The notes under the pieces are model-generated. The model ran no database searches and was not told the origin of the DNA. It was given only the letters and a program-made list of their open reading frames with translations. The position numbers were made by a program, and so were the translations under genes. A stretch of DNA of 64,000 nucleotides from Dehalococcoidia bacterium (lineage in GTDB: Bacteria > Chloroflexota > Dehalococcoidia > GIF9 > UBA5629), in NCBI GenBank assembly GCA_034436215.1, contig DAOTVU010000040.1, positions 17,780 to 81,779 of the forward strand. The letters are read 5' to 3'. Shown piece by piece: positions 9,339 to 18,270 of this stretch (position 1 is its first letter; each line of letters opens with the position of its first letter).

Positions 9339-10697
9339 ATGATTTACTGGCTGCTACAACTGGCCGATCTTGTCTATTACCACATCTTCCATATATTCTT
9401 TGCATTTGGCCTTTTTTGCTGGTTTATCTGGACACTGAGATTGATGTTATCGGCTCCTTACAGGCCTTTTAAGACCGACGGGCCATTTAGACCACCTGTT
9501 TCTGTACTGGTTCCGGTGTACCACGAGCAAAGCACTGCACTGATTGAAAGTCTCGGGTCGATGATCAGATACACATCTGCTGAAGATGAGATACTGGCAC
9601 TGATAGATGTGCGTGATAAAGCGGCATTGACACCGGGGGCGTTGCCCCACCATCCCCGCCTGAAGATACTGGTAGCACCGCCGGGCAAAAGGCCTGCGCT
9701 GGTTGCCGGATTCCAGGCCGCGGTAAACCCCATAGTGTTAATTACGGGTAGCGATACACAGTTTAACAGAAATACCGTATCGGAATTAGTCAAGCCATTC
9801 ATAGACCCACAGGTTGGAGGCGTTACGGGTCAGGTGGTTACGTCCAATGATCGCGGTATTGGCGGAAAATGCTACGAATGGGGCCTGGTTCTTCGCAATA
9901 AGATGATTTATCCAGCCATGAGCCGGAGCAATACCGTTCACGTGATGAACGGAGAATGCTATGCCGTCCGTAGAGAGCTGGCACTAAAACTTACTCCCGA
10001 ATTTTTAAACCAGAAATTTTTAGGTAAGTTATGCGATTCGGGGGATGATGGTTGGATGACCACACTGGTGCTGAAAGAAAATTACAAGACAGTCTATCAA
10101 TCTACCGCTATTGCTTACACTAACCCGCCCAACAGCTTTGACGAATTTCTCAGACAGCAATTAAGGTGGAACAGAAATTCTACCAGGCGTTCTCTTATGG
10201 TTCTGACCAGAGCATGGGCGTACAAGCACGGTTTTATGTACCCATTTCAATTGTTTATTGCGCTGGTTAAGCTTCCTTTCTGGGTTGTTGTTATTGCACT
10301 GGCCGCATATCGTTTCTTTTTTGGTCATGATATAGGTGTGGTGGCTGCATCCTGGTTTGATCCCTGGTGGCATATTTTCCGACCGTTGATTTTTGTGGCA
10401 GGTGTCGTTATTATCCGTGCGTTGCGAGGTCTTCCCTATCTAATCAGCGAACCAAAAGCTCTTTTGTTCTTGCCCCTTTATGCTTTTATTTCCCCGTTTA
10501 TTTTAGCTCCTTACAAGCTCTATGCAATGATGACGGCGAGAGATACTAAGTGGCTGACAAGAGGCAAGGAAGGGGAAGAAAAGAAGACTGCTGCCGGTTA
10601 TGTCACCACCGGGGCGATAATTATTTGTATTCTATTCAGCTTGCCCTTGATTGCACTGGGCTCAGCTCTGGCCGATGATGATGCCGATTCTTATTGA
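9339..10697 (+). CDS. Second family-2 glycosyltransferase with QxxRW motif (polysaccharide synthase-like, multi-TM)
   Basis: VSVLVPVYHE, ITGSDTQ and QQLRWNRNSTRRS (QxxRW). N-terminal and C-terminal TM segments. Confidence 0.75.
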   Translation: MIYWLLQLADLVYYHIFHIFFAFGLFCWFIWTLRLMLSAPYRPFKTDGPFRPPVSVLVPVYHEQSTALIESLGSMIRYTSAEDEILALIDVRDKAALTPGALPHHPRLKILVAPPGKRPALVAGFQAAVNPIVLITGSDTQFNRNTVSELVKPFIDPQVGGVTGQVVTSNDRGIGGKCYEWGLVLRNKMIYPAMSRSNTVHVMNGECYAVRRELALKLTPEFLNQKFLGKLCDSGDDGWMTTLVLKENYKTVYQSTAIAYTNPPNSFDEFLRQQLRWNRNSTRRSLMVLTRAWAYKHGFMYPFQLFIALVKLPFWVVVIALAAYRFFFGHDIGVVAASWFDPWWHIFRPLIFVAGVVIIRALRGLPYLISEPKALLFLPLYAFISPFILAPYKLYAMMTARDTKWLTRGKEGEEKKTAAGYVTTGAIIICILFSLPLIALGSALADDDADSY

Positions 10698-10705
10698 TAA
10701 TTTGA

Positions 10706-11743
10706 TCAATTATAGCCCTTAATTACTCTATTAAGAGCTGCCATGAATCTTTTTTTACCTATCTCTGCATATAATATTCGAACACGTCCGTTAGGGTCAC
10801 CACCTTCATACCACATTCTTACGCGGTCGCCTTCGACAATAATGCTGGGGGAGGTTGACCATTTTTCATCGTATCTGCCGGGAGTTTGTCCGTGGACAAA
10901 AAGAAGTCCGTTCTTCACCCAGTTCTTCCCATCTTTACTGCTGGCAAGATATAGATTAAGGTAGTCAGCCATAGTGAATATTATGCAATAGCTATCGTCT
11001 ATCCTGAAAGCCGTGAGATTTCTATAAACCTGCGTTTCTCCGATAGATGGGTCCGGCGACAATACTTTACCCTTTTTATTCCATGATAGGCCGTCGCTGG
11101 ATTCGGCCAGACCGTAAAATGTCCATCCCGGATTCTGTTTACCATAGCCTTTATAGTACATAAGATATTTATTATCCACTTTTATTACGGTGTGTTGACC
11201 GCCAGCTCCCTCGTTATCCCAGGCGTTGCTTGTCTTACGTAAAACCGGGTTGCCGTCATAGCGGCTCCAATTTACGCCGTCTGATGATGATGCATAACAT
11301 GCACATCCACCATATGCTTCGGCGCCATACCACATTTTATAGATACCATTTTCATATATAACTGTCATAGGATCTATTTTATCCCCTTCATAATCAGTCG
11401 AGGGCGTCATACATACACCGGTTTTTATCCAGATTATGCCGTCATCCGATGTCGCACGCATTATCCTGCCGACTTTGTCTGCAAAACTCTGTCCGCGATA
11501 CCACATAACATATAAATTATTGGCGAGTTTAACAACTACGGGTGATTCGATCGATTTATCATCGGGACTGCCTGGACTACCGAGGTCAATTACTACACCC
11601 TTCAACATCCATGGTAAGGCGCCAGTTCCCACAACTTCAAGGTCAGCAGCTTTATAAGCTGTTAGCTCAAAGACGAATATAGCAACTACCGAGATAATTG
11701 TAATAGACAGCCCGATAACAAGAAAAATAATCTTACTTTTCAA
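10706..11743 (-). CDS. Membrane-anchored BNR/Asp-box beta-propeller protein (sialidase/GH33- or GH43/GH130-like glycosidase fold)
   Basis: N-terminal TM anchor. Three Asp-boxes of the form S-x-D-G-x-x-W (TSDDGIIW, SSDGVNWS, SSDGLSWN). The repeated hydrophobic beta-strand pattern fits a propeller. Confidence 0.5.
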   Translation of the reverse strand: MKSKIIFLVIGLSITIISVVAIFVFELTAYKAADLEVVGTGALPWMLKGVVIDLGSPGSPDDKSIESPVVVKLANNLYVMWYRGQSFADKVGRIMRATSDDGIIWIKTGVCMTPSTDYEGDKIDPMTVIYENGIYKMWYGAEAYGGCACYASSSDGVNWSRYDGNPVLRKTSNAWDNEGAGGQHTVIKVDNKYLMYYKGYGKQNPGWTFYGLAESSDGLSWNKKGKVLSPDPSIGETQVYRNLTAFRIDDSYCIIFTMADYLNLYLASSKDGKNWVKNGLLFVHGQTPGRYDEKWSTSPSIIVEGDRVRMWYEGGDPNGRVRILYAEIGKKRFMAALNRVIKGYN

Positions 11744-11863
11744 TAATTTAAAATTAGCCTCTGCGTAACTATCAAATTTTTATTATTTACTAATCGGCTT
11801 ACACTTGATAAGATTAATTAACATGATAAGTATATTTGGTAATAGGTCACAATGCAAAGTCAG

Positions 11864-11892
11864 TTAGCAGGCAAATATTATTATGTTATAAT
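11864..11892 (+). promoter_or_regulatory. Putative sigma70-like promoter (-35 TTAGCA, 17-bp spacer, -10 TATAAT) upstream of the 1228-aa surface-protein gene
   Basis: TATAAT at 11887-11892 and TTAGCA at 11864-11869, inside an AT-rich 187-bp divergent intergenic region. Confidence 0.25.
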
Positions 11893-11930
11893 GACTTATC
11901 GGAGGTAGCAGCCTGTATAAAAGGAAAAAT

Positions 11931-14900
11931 TTGTATATGCCTACTGTGTCAAAATCCTCGTTTAAATTAGTTATTACTGAAATAACGAATAGAGTAAATA
12001 AATTCCATTTGAAATACAATTTAAATTTGATTTTAAAGAATTTCCCGCCCGGTGCGGGATTTTTATTTTATCTGCTTATGCTAATCTCTTTGTTGCCTTT
12101 ACCCCGCATTCTGCTTACCGAACCGGTGACTGCTGATGCGGGCATTATGAGATGGGATACGGTGGCTACGCCCGGTTCCGTTTATGGACGCTTTGATGTG
12201 CTCAATCCAAGTGATATCGTCAGCCTTGCGGCGGGATCGTTGGGTAGAGTAGTTGCAGTTGTTAGAGTGGCAGAGACGACTCCTTCCGGGGCGCAGAATC
12301 AATTATTTTACAGTAACAACTATGGAATCGAATGGAAAGATGCTGCTTTTTATACTTTGAATAGCGGAGGATGGGGCAATAACGAGATATTTGAGATAGC
12401 GGTTGCTCCGGATAACCCCAATGTCTGGGCGATAGTGGCCGGATATTCAGACGAAAGTAACCGTCCCAAACATGTCTGGTATACCGATGATTCCGGTGTC
12501 TCATGGGTGGATACCAATATCCAGCTCGCTAATACCACGGAGACGATCAGAAGTATCGATATCTCACCATTATACGGTAATGGGCTCAGAGACATAGGGG
12601 TTACAACCGTTACCGGCGCAGGAAGCGGGAGGTTCTACATTACTTCATCGAAAACATGGAGTAGCTGGTTTGATCAATCACTCAGTCCTTCGGTTTTGCC
12701 GGTGCCTTCGAGCAGGGCAGATTACTTTAACATCAAATTTTCACCTAACTATGCCAGCGACTTCTCAATTGCACTTGTGTATGCTACCGGGGACGCAACT
12801 TATTTCAATGTGGGCTTTAGGGACGTCAATCAAAATGTGACATTGAGCTATGCCTTCAACGGGCAGGGCGTAGAAGTTAAGAATTCCGCTTCAGCAAATA
12901 ATGCGTCTCCCGGCTATGGCCAGATAAACAATGCATGTCTGCAGTTGCCTGCCGATTTCACCGGCCAGAGTTCTACGCTGCGCAGAGCTTATATTAGCCT
13001 GGATGCCAGCCCCAAAACGCCGGGATCAAGCGAAGACGGCGTTTTTCGGGTTGATGATACCCACGTATACGTACTTATGGATACAACCAGGACAGCAGAT
13101 AAATCTATTTACAGCATTGCATACTACGGTACCTATGCTCAGGGAAAGCTTTTACTGGGTGAACGAAACGGCTATCCGTGTACTGCAACCGTGCCGACCT
13201 GGTTTACCGATTCACCAACTACATGCCCTGTACCGTGCTGGTACCCCGCTCTTAAACCTCCAACCGGCGCAGCTGCCCAGGGCACCTGTGTTGCAGGCAC
13301 CAAGGATGGTACAGGGGCGGCAATCGTTCTATGGAATGATGATGGTAGCCTCTCTTACGCCGCTACAGGTTCCCTGGCCAGAACAACCGGTTCGGCATGG
13401 TATTCGAATTTGTTATCTTCTCCAAAAGGGAATGATGAGTCTGCCTTTGCAGTGAGCCGGAATAATGGAGAAACATGGAATGAGCTCGGATTGATTGATA
13501 CTACCATAGACTGGTTCAACGACGTTGCACCTTCGGTAGATTGTTCTACCATATATCTGGCTTCGGCCAATTCAAACTCAGCGACTGGCTGTTCGGGTTT
13601 TGACAGTGTCTGGCGTTCTACACTAAATAAAGATGTGGCAAATCCATTGCCTATTAGCAATCCACCTTTATACTACTGGGAGCGGATACTTACGCGCACA
13701 ACTTCCGTTTCATGTAACGTCACACAGTCAAATAAACCGCTCCTGCGCCTTCCATTGGGTTGCACCGATCAACCCGATGGAAGTACCATAGCCTGGGCAG
13801 CGCAGGGCACAACGGCACAGATGTGGTCAGCCGATTATGGAGATTTCTGGGCAGATATTACAGCCCGTGACATTATCCAGGATTTTGCTTTTGAATCAAG
13901 TAAAATCCTGTATGATTTATCTCCCGGCGGATTGGTACACAGGCTTACGTATTCCGGCACTGCCTGGGATACAACCGCTAAGAGTTATGACAGCCGCGTG
14001 GTAAGTGCACACACAATTGCAGTCTACCCCAAAGACAAAGTTCTGGTAGGTGCAGCCGTGGATGGCGTGGTAGCCGCATCTTTTTCACCTACAAGGGGCG
14101 AGCAGTGGATTGAGATACCAAGAGGTGCACGTTTGAACGGCAACATACACGTAGCATTTGATGTCGATTTTGCCAATAACAAGTTCATCTATCTGGCAGA
14201 TGATAAGCTTGATGAAAACGGTAATAAGGATTCCAATCGTACAGGCACGGTTTTCAGAGAGCAGGCACCGGCTTATATTAAAATGGAAGATGCGGATATG
14301 ATGAGCGAGGGTAATGCCGGTCATTCTGCAGTTAAATGGCCTACCTTTGCTCCTAACGGCGTCAGGATTTATGATCCTCCTCACCGCGACGGGCAATTCG
14401 GTATAGCAACCGCAAAGACGGGTGACCCGCAGCCTGCTGTCTACACTGCTCACAATATTATACCGACCACACAGGGTATGAGAAACAGTGCAGTCTGCCG
14501 AACGCTTAGACCCTGGCAGGCTATGCCCAAATACGGTGTGCCGTGGGATTGTCTGGATGTGTATACGCCTGCTACGCAGAATGATGTGCATTTTACACTC
14601 GAACCGTCATCATTGAAAGCCTGCGGTTGTTGCACACTCGATTCATATACAACTCTTTTTGCTATTGATGATGTCTCCGGAGGAACATACGGTGATACGG
14701 GTTATGATCCGGAAAGAAACCAGGGCATGCTATGGGCTTATATTGATTGTCTTGCCAAGAAAGGGCCAGCCATAATATCACCACTTGACGGTGGTTTTAT
14801 CGGCAGCGATCCGGTTACTGGCCGGAATCAGCAGGTTGACCTTTCCTGGGAACAGCTATGTGTGGCTGTAAAGTACGAAATGCAAATTGCCAAGGACCGA

Positions 14901-15617
14901 GACTTTACACTTAAGGTAAATCCCGCCTCAACATCACCTGGCGGTAAAGTATCAATAACCGCAGTCACCGGGTCGATAACCGTAAACCTGGATAACCAGA
15001 ATGTGACCACGCCGGCGCTGTGGATAGCTCCTGGTGCTCTGCCTGAATCCGGTGCCACCTATTGGTGGAGGGTTAGGGTAATACAATCAACAACAGGCCA
15101 GCTTGCCACCAGTCCATGGTCTAAGGAAGCCAGTTTTTCCATAAAGCCGGGATTTATAACAAAAACCCCGGTCCAGTGTATCGAACTTTTAGGCCCTGTC
15201 AATGGCTGCACAGGATGCCCGGTGAAACCCACGGCTTTTTCCTGGACGCCTTATAAGGAAGCGACCAAATATGAGTTTGTTCTGGCCCGGGACCCATCCT
15301 TTATGCAGATTATTAAGAAGGCTATTACAACGGGAACGTCCTATGAGTACAAAGATGCCCTGGACTACAGCAGGAGTTATTACTGGCGTGTACGCGGAAT
15401 CGAAATAAACGGTAAATCCAATGTGAGTGAATGGAGCTCCACCTTTACTTTCCAGACAGTTGCGCCACCTCCTCCTGAACCCGCTAAACCAACCAAACAG
15501 CAGCAATTTCAGAAGGAAAATCCAAATTATCTGTGGCTGATTATCGCCATAATTTTTGCAGTGCCGATTTTATTGATCGTTTTAATCAGGCAAACAAGAA
15601 GATCCAGGTGGGATTAA
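11931..15617 (+). CDS. Large (1228 aa) cell-surface protein: BNR/Asp-box-containing beta-propeller region(s), C-terminal Fn3/Ig-like beta-sandwich repeats, Pro-rich stalk and C-terminal TM anchor
   Basis: The ORF-track start is TTG at 11931, with an alternative ATG at 11937; the true start is uncertain. Asp-box-like motifs YTDDSGVSW, SRNNGETW, WNDDGSLSY. The C-terminus reads PPPPEPAKPTKQQQ...LWLIIAIIFAVPILLIVLIRQTRRSRWD, a single TM followed by a basic tail. Confidence 0.6.
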   Translation: MYMPTVSKSSFKLVITEITNRVNKFHLKYNLNLILKNFPPGAGFLFYLLMLISLLPLPRILLTEPVTADAGIMRWDTVATPGSVYGRFDVLNPSDIVSLAAGSLGRVVAVVRVAETTPSGAQNQLFYSNNYGIEWKDAAFYTLNSGGWGNNEIFEIAVAPDNPNVWAIVAGYSDESNRPKHVWYTDDSGVSWVDTNIQLANTTETIRSIDISPLYGNGLRDIGVTTVTGAGSGRFYITSSKTWSSWFDQSLSPSVLPVPSSRADYFNIKFSPNYASDFSIALVYATGDATYFNVGFRDVNQNVTLSYAFNGQGVEVKNSASANNASPGYGQINNACLQLPADFTGQSSTLRRAYISLDASPKTPGSSEDGVFRVDDTHVYVLMDTTRTADKSIYSIAYYGTYAQGKLLLGERNGYPCTATVPTWFTDSPTTCPVPCWYPALKPPTGAAAQGTCVAGTKDGTGAAIVLWNDDGSLSYAATGSLARTTGSAWYSNLLSSPKGNDESAFAVSRNNGETWNELGLIDTTIDWFNDVAPSVDCSTIYLASANSNSATGCSGFDSVWRSTLNKDVANPLPISNPPLYYWERILTRTTSVSCNVTQSNKPLLRLPLGCTDQPDGSTIAWAAQGTTAQMWSADYGDFWADITARDIIQDFAFESSKILYDLSPGGLVHRLTYSGTAWDTTAKSYDSRVVSAHTIAVYPKDKVLVGAAVDGVVAASFSPTRGEQWIEIPRGARLNGNIHVAFDVDFANNKFIYLADDKLDENGNKDSNRTGTVFREQAPAYIKMEDADMMSEGNAGHSAVKWPTFAPNGVRIYDPPHRDGQFGIATAKTGDPQPAVYTAHNIIPTTQGMRNSAVCRTLRPWQAMPKYGVPWDCLDVYTPATQNDVHFTLEPSSLKACGCCTLDSYTTLFAIDDVSGGTYGDTGYDPERNQGMLWAYIDCLAKKGPAIISPLDGGFIGSDPVTGRNQQVDLSWEQLCVAVKYEMQIAKDRDFTLKVNPASTSPGGKVSITAVTGSITVNLDNQNVTTPALWIAPGALPESGATYWWRVRVIQSTTGQLATSPWSKEASFSIKPGFITKTPVQCIELLGPVNGCTGCPVKPTAFSWTPYKEATKYEFVLARDPSFMQIIKKAITTGTSYEYKDALDYSRSYYWRVRGIEINGKSNVSEWSSTFTFQTVAPPPPEPAKPTKQQQFQKENPNYLWLIIAIIFAVPILLIVLIRQTRRSRWD

Positions 15618-15671
15618 ATCTTCATCATCAATTTAAATAAAACGTTATCAAAATAAGGCCTTTGCTATTTG

Positions 15672-17429
15672 CTAATACAACAATGAAAGCGTTTTGCGGG
15701 TGGCGTCTCGCCCGCGGATGGCGTCTTCTAAAGTAGCATCCAGGGTGATGGCCTTATTGAAATCTTCCAGCGCAGACTGGTAATCAGACTTGTGAAAATA
15801 GGTCCATGCCCTGTTATCATATGACCAGGCATTAGCAGGATCCAGTTGAATAGCCCTGGTGAAATCGGTCAGCGATTCTTCATATTGACCCAGCCGTCGG
15901 TAAGCAAGACCACGCTTATTGTAATATGAATAGATAGTCGGATTTAGAGCTATCGCCTTAGTATAATCTTTGATGGCATTATCGTAGTTACCTATGTTTA
16001 TATACAGATTGCCCCTGCAGTAATAGGCATGCGCAAAATTTGGATCGAGTTCTATCGCCTTATTAAAATCCGCCAATGCCTCATCATATTTTTTCTTATT
16101 GTAGTATACATTGCCCCTGCCTAAATATGCATAAGGATTATCAGGATTCACGTCTATATAATTGTTGTAATCAGATACAGACCTATCATAATCGCCGGTT
16201 TTATAGAAGATCCATGCCCGTTTCTGGGCGTAGAGCTCATCTTCAGCACTGAGCTCTATAGCCATATTAAAATCGGCTATGGCCTCATCGGTATAACCCA
16301 TGCTGAATTTACAACTACCACGATTATGGTATGCATCGCTATATCGAGGATCGATCTTTATTGCAGTTGAAAAATCTTTTATTGCTTCCTGGAATTGGCC
16401 ATTTTTCTGATATAGCTTGCCCCTGGCATTATAAGCGGGCGCATAGTCGGATTGTACGGCAATTGCCTTGTCAAAATCCTGAAGAGCTTTTTCGTTATTC
16501 CCGGCGGCAAAGTAAGCCTTACCACGCTCTGTATAAGCTTCAAAATAATCCGGATTGATCTCGATAGCTCTGGTATAATCGGCAAAGGCCTTGCTTGTAT
16601 TCAAAATAGCGGCATACGATTTTCCACGTAAAATATAAACCTCTGCATAGTTGGGGTCGAGTTCAATAGCACGGTTGTAATCGGCAATTGCTAGATCGTA
16701 CTGTCCCCTAAGATAATAGACCTGCCCTCTGCTTTTATAGCTTTTTGGATCTCGAGGATCTATTGCGATGGCTTCGTTATAACTTTGTAACGCTTTTTGA
16801 TAATCGCCTTCTCTTGTATACATCCAGCCTATTTTACGGTGCACCTCCCGATCATCTTGCTTATATGTTAATTGCTTACGATAGTCAGATAAGGCTAATT
16901 CATATTCTCCCAGAGAAGAGTAAGTGTTTCCGCGGTAATAATAAATATTATTGTAATCCGGGTTTATAGAAACAGTACGGTTATAATCGTCCAAGGCTTC
17001 ACCAAATTTTCCCATAGCATAATAGGTGTTCGCCCTCTCAAAATAACCATCTGCATAGGCTGGATCGAGTTTGATTGCCAGCGTAAAATCATTAATGGCA
17101 TTCTGGTATTCTCTGGTATTAAAGTAAGCCTTACCACGATTGTAGTAATATTTAGGTTCAGCTGGCTCCAGCTTAATTGCTCGAGAGAAGTCGTCAATAG
17201 CTTTTATATAATCTGCTTTGTGGTAATATGCGAGACCACGGTTATTGTAAGCGATAGCATAACCGGGATCGAGATGGATGGATGTTGTATAATATGATAT
17301 CGCTTCATCCCAGGATTTACTGTTCCGGGCCATGTCACCGTAACGAAATGCTGCCATACCTGGCTTCACGCATGAAATTAATAATGACCCCAGTAATGCT
17401 ATCGATATAATCTTAATAAACCATTTCAT
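15672..17429 (-). CDS. TPR-repeat lipoprotein (about 16 TPR units)
   Basis: The ORF extends to 17540, but the probable start is the internal Met (MKWFIKIISIALLGSLLISC, lipobox) at 17429, which removes the overlap with the upstream gene. The TPR consensus Y-x-x-R-G-x-x-Y is repeated throughout. Confidence 0.75.
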   Translation of the reverse strand: MKWFIKIISIALLGSLLISCVKPGMAAFRYGDMARNSKSWDEAISYYTTSIHLDPGYAIAYNNRGLAYYHKADYIKAIDDFSRAIKLEPAEPKYYYNRGKAYFNTREYQNAINDFTLAIKLDPAYADGYFERANTYYAMGKFGEALDDYNRTVSINPDYNNIYYYRGNTYSSLGEYELALSDYRKQLTYKQDDREVHRKIGWMYTREGDYQKALQSYNEAIAIDPRDPKSYKSRGQVYYLRGQYDLAIADYNRAIELDPNYAEVYILRGKSYAAILNTSKAFADYTRAIEINPDYFEAYTERGKAYFAAGNNEKALQDFDKAIAVQSDYAPAYNARGKLYQKNGQFQEAIKDFSTAIKIDPRYSDAYHNRGSCKFSMGYTDEAIADFNMAIELSAEDELYAQKRAWIFYKTGDYDRSVSDYNNYIDVNPDNPYAYLGRGNVYYNKKKYDEALADFNKAIELDPNFAHAYYCRGNLYINIGNYDNAIKDYTKAIALNPTIYSYYNKRGLAYRRLGQYEESLTDFTRAIQLDPANAWSYDNRAWTYFHKSDYQSALEDFNKAITLDATLEDAIRGRDATRKTLSLLY

Positions 17430-17490
17430 TTCAAATATATTGGTGAGAATCCCGATAATCACAATTCCATTTAAACCGATAAAAGCAGAC

Positions 17491-18135
17491 TCATGCATGC
17501 TTGAGTGCAACACCCTCAAGCACGTTGGCAACATCCTCACACATATCCGTCGCCCCCTCCAGCTGTTCGAATATCTCGCGCCATTTGATGATCTCCGCTA
17601 TTTCCGCCGTGTCATCAAATAGTTCTTTAAGCGCAGAACGGTAGATTTTATCGGCGATATTTTCCAGTCTGTTGATTTCGACACAGCTTCCCAGTATTTT
17701 TTCCAGATTGGCATTATGTCTTCTCAGACTGGGCATTACATTTTCAACTTCGGTGGTAATCTGGACCAGTATATCCGCCAGTTCTTTGGCTCTACTTCCC
17801 GGCTTCTTTACGTTATACAGCATCATGGTGTCACCGGCCGCCTGCAGCAGGTCCGTAACATCGTCGAGTGAGTGTGCCAGCATCCCTATATCCTCCCGAT
17901 CAAACGGGGTGATAAATGATCGGTTTAACTGATACATGATCTCATGTGTGATGGTATCGCCCTGATGCTCGATTCTGGTAAGCTCATCCACTTTCTGCTC
18001 GATATTCTCCCAGTTATATATCATGTCTTGTAAAACCAGTGCGGCCTTGACCATATTATGGGCGCTAACTTCAAACAGATCAAAGAAGCGGTCATCGCGT
18101 GGCATTAAATTTAATTTAAACATCTCAACCAGCAT
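17491..18135 (-). CDS. DUF47 / PhoU-related protein (phosphate-transport-regulator-like, TIGR00153 family)
   Basis: All-helical ~210-aa protein with the characteristic DUF47 N-terminus (FDLFEVSAHNMVKAALVLQDM...). The start may be the Met at 18123. Confidence 0.65.
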   Translation of the reverse strand: MLVEMFKLNLMPRDDRFFDLFEVSAHNMVKAALVLQDMIYNWENIEQKVDELTRIEHQGDTITHEIMYQLNRSFITPFDREDIGMLAHSLDDVTDLLQAAGDTMMLYNVKKPGSRAKELADILVQITTEVENVMPSLRRHNANLEKILGSCVEINRLENIADKIYRSALKELFDDTAEIAEIIKWREIFEQLEGATDMCEDVANVLEGVALKHA

Positions 18136-18270
18136 TTAAATTATAACACAGACATCATCTCCGTCTGAATTTATTTTAGAAACAATGGATACACTGCTGT
18201 ATGTAAGATTCTTAGAGACACGAGTAAATAGATAGCGATATAATATGACAAATATAATGGAGTAATTTAA

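Noticed and set aside
11744-11930. Possible riboswitch or small RNA in the 187-bp divergent region before the giant surface-protein gene
   Set aside because: The sequence is AT-rich and low-complexity with no conserved riboswitch cores visible (no GGGA/UCCC T-box, SAM or c-di-GMP motifs). Only a putative promoter was reported.
11931-12120. N-terminus of the 1228-aa protein as a canonical Sec signal peptide
   Set aside because: The first ~60 residues after either candidate start are not a typical n-h-c signal. The real start may be further downstream (MLISLLPLPRIL...), so the start coordinate is given low certainty rather than asserted.
12931-13660. Alternative-frame ORFs (174 aa plus-strand; 101 aa minus-strand) inside the 1228-aa surface-protein gene
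   Set aside because: They overlap a much longer ORF that carries Asp-box motifs and a coherent domain layout. The overlapping frames are Pro/Arg/Leu-rich in the way out-of-frame translation typically produces.
15430-15617. Possible PEP-CTERM sorting signal at the C-terminus of the 1228-aa protein
   Set aside because: The PEP tripeptide lies about 17 residues upstream of the TM helix rather than immediately before it, and no exosortase is visible in the window. It is more simply described as a Pro-rich stalk plus tail anchor, so it is mentioned only as a caveat in the findings.
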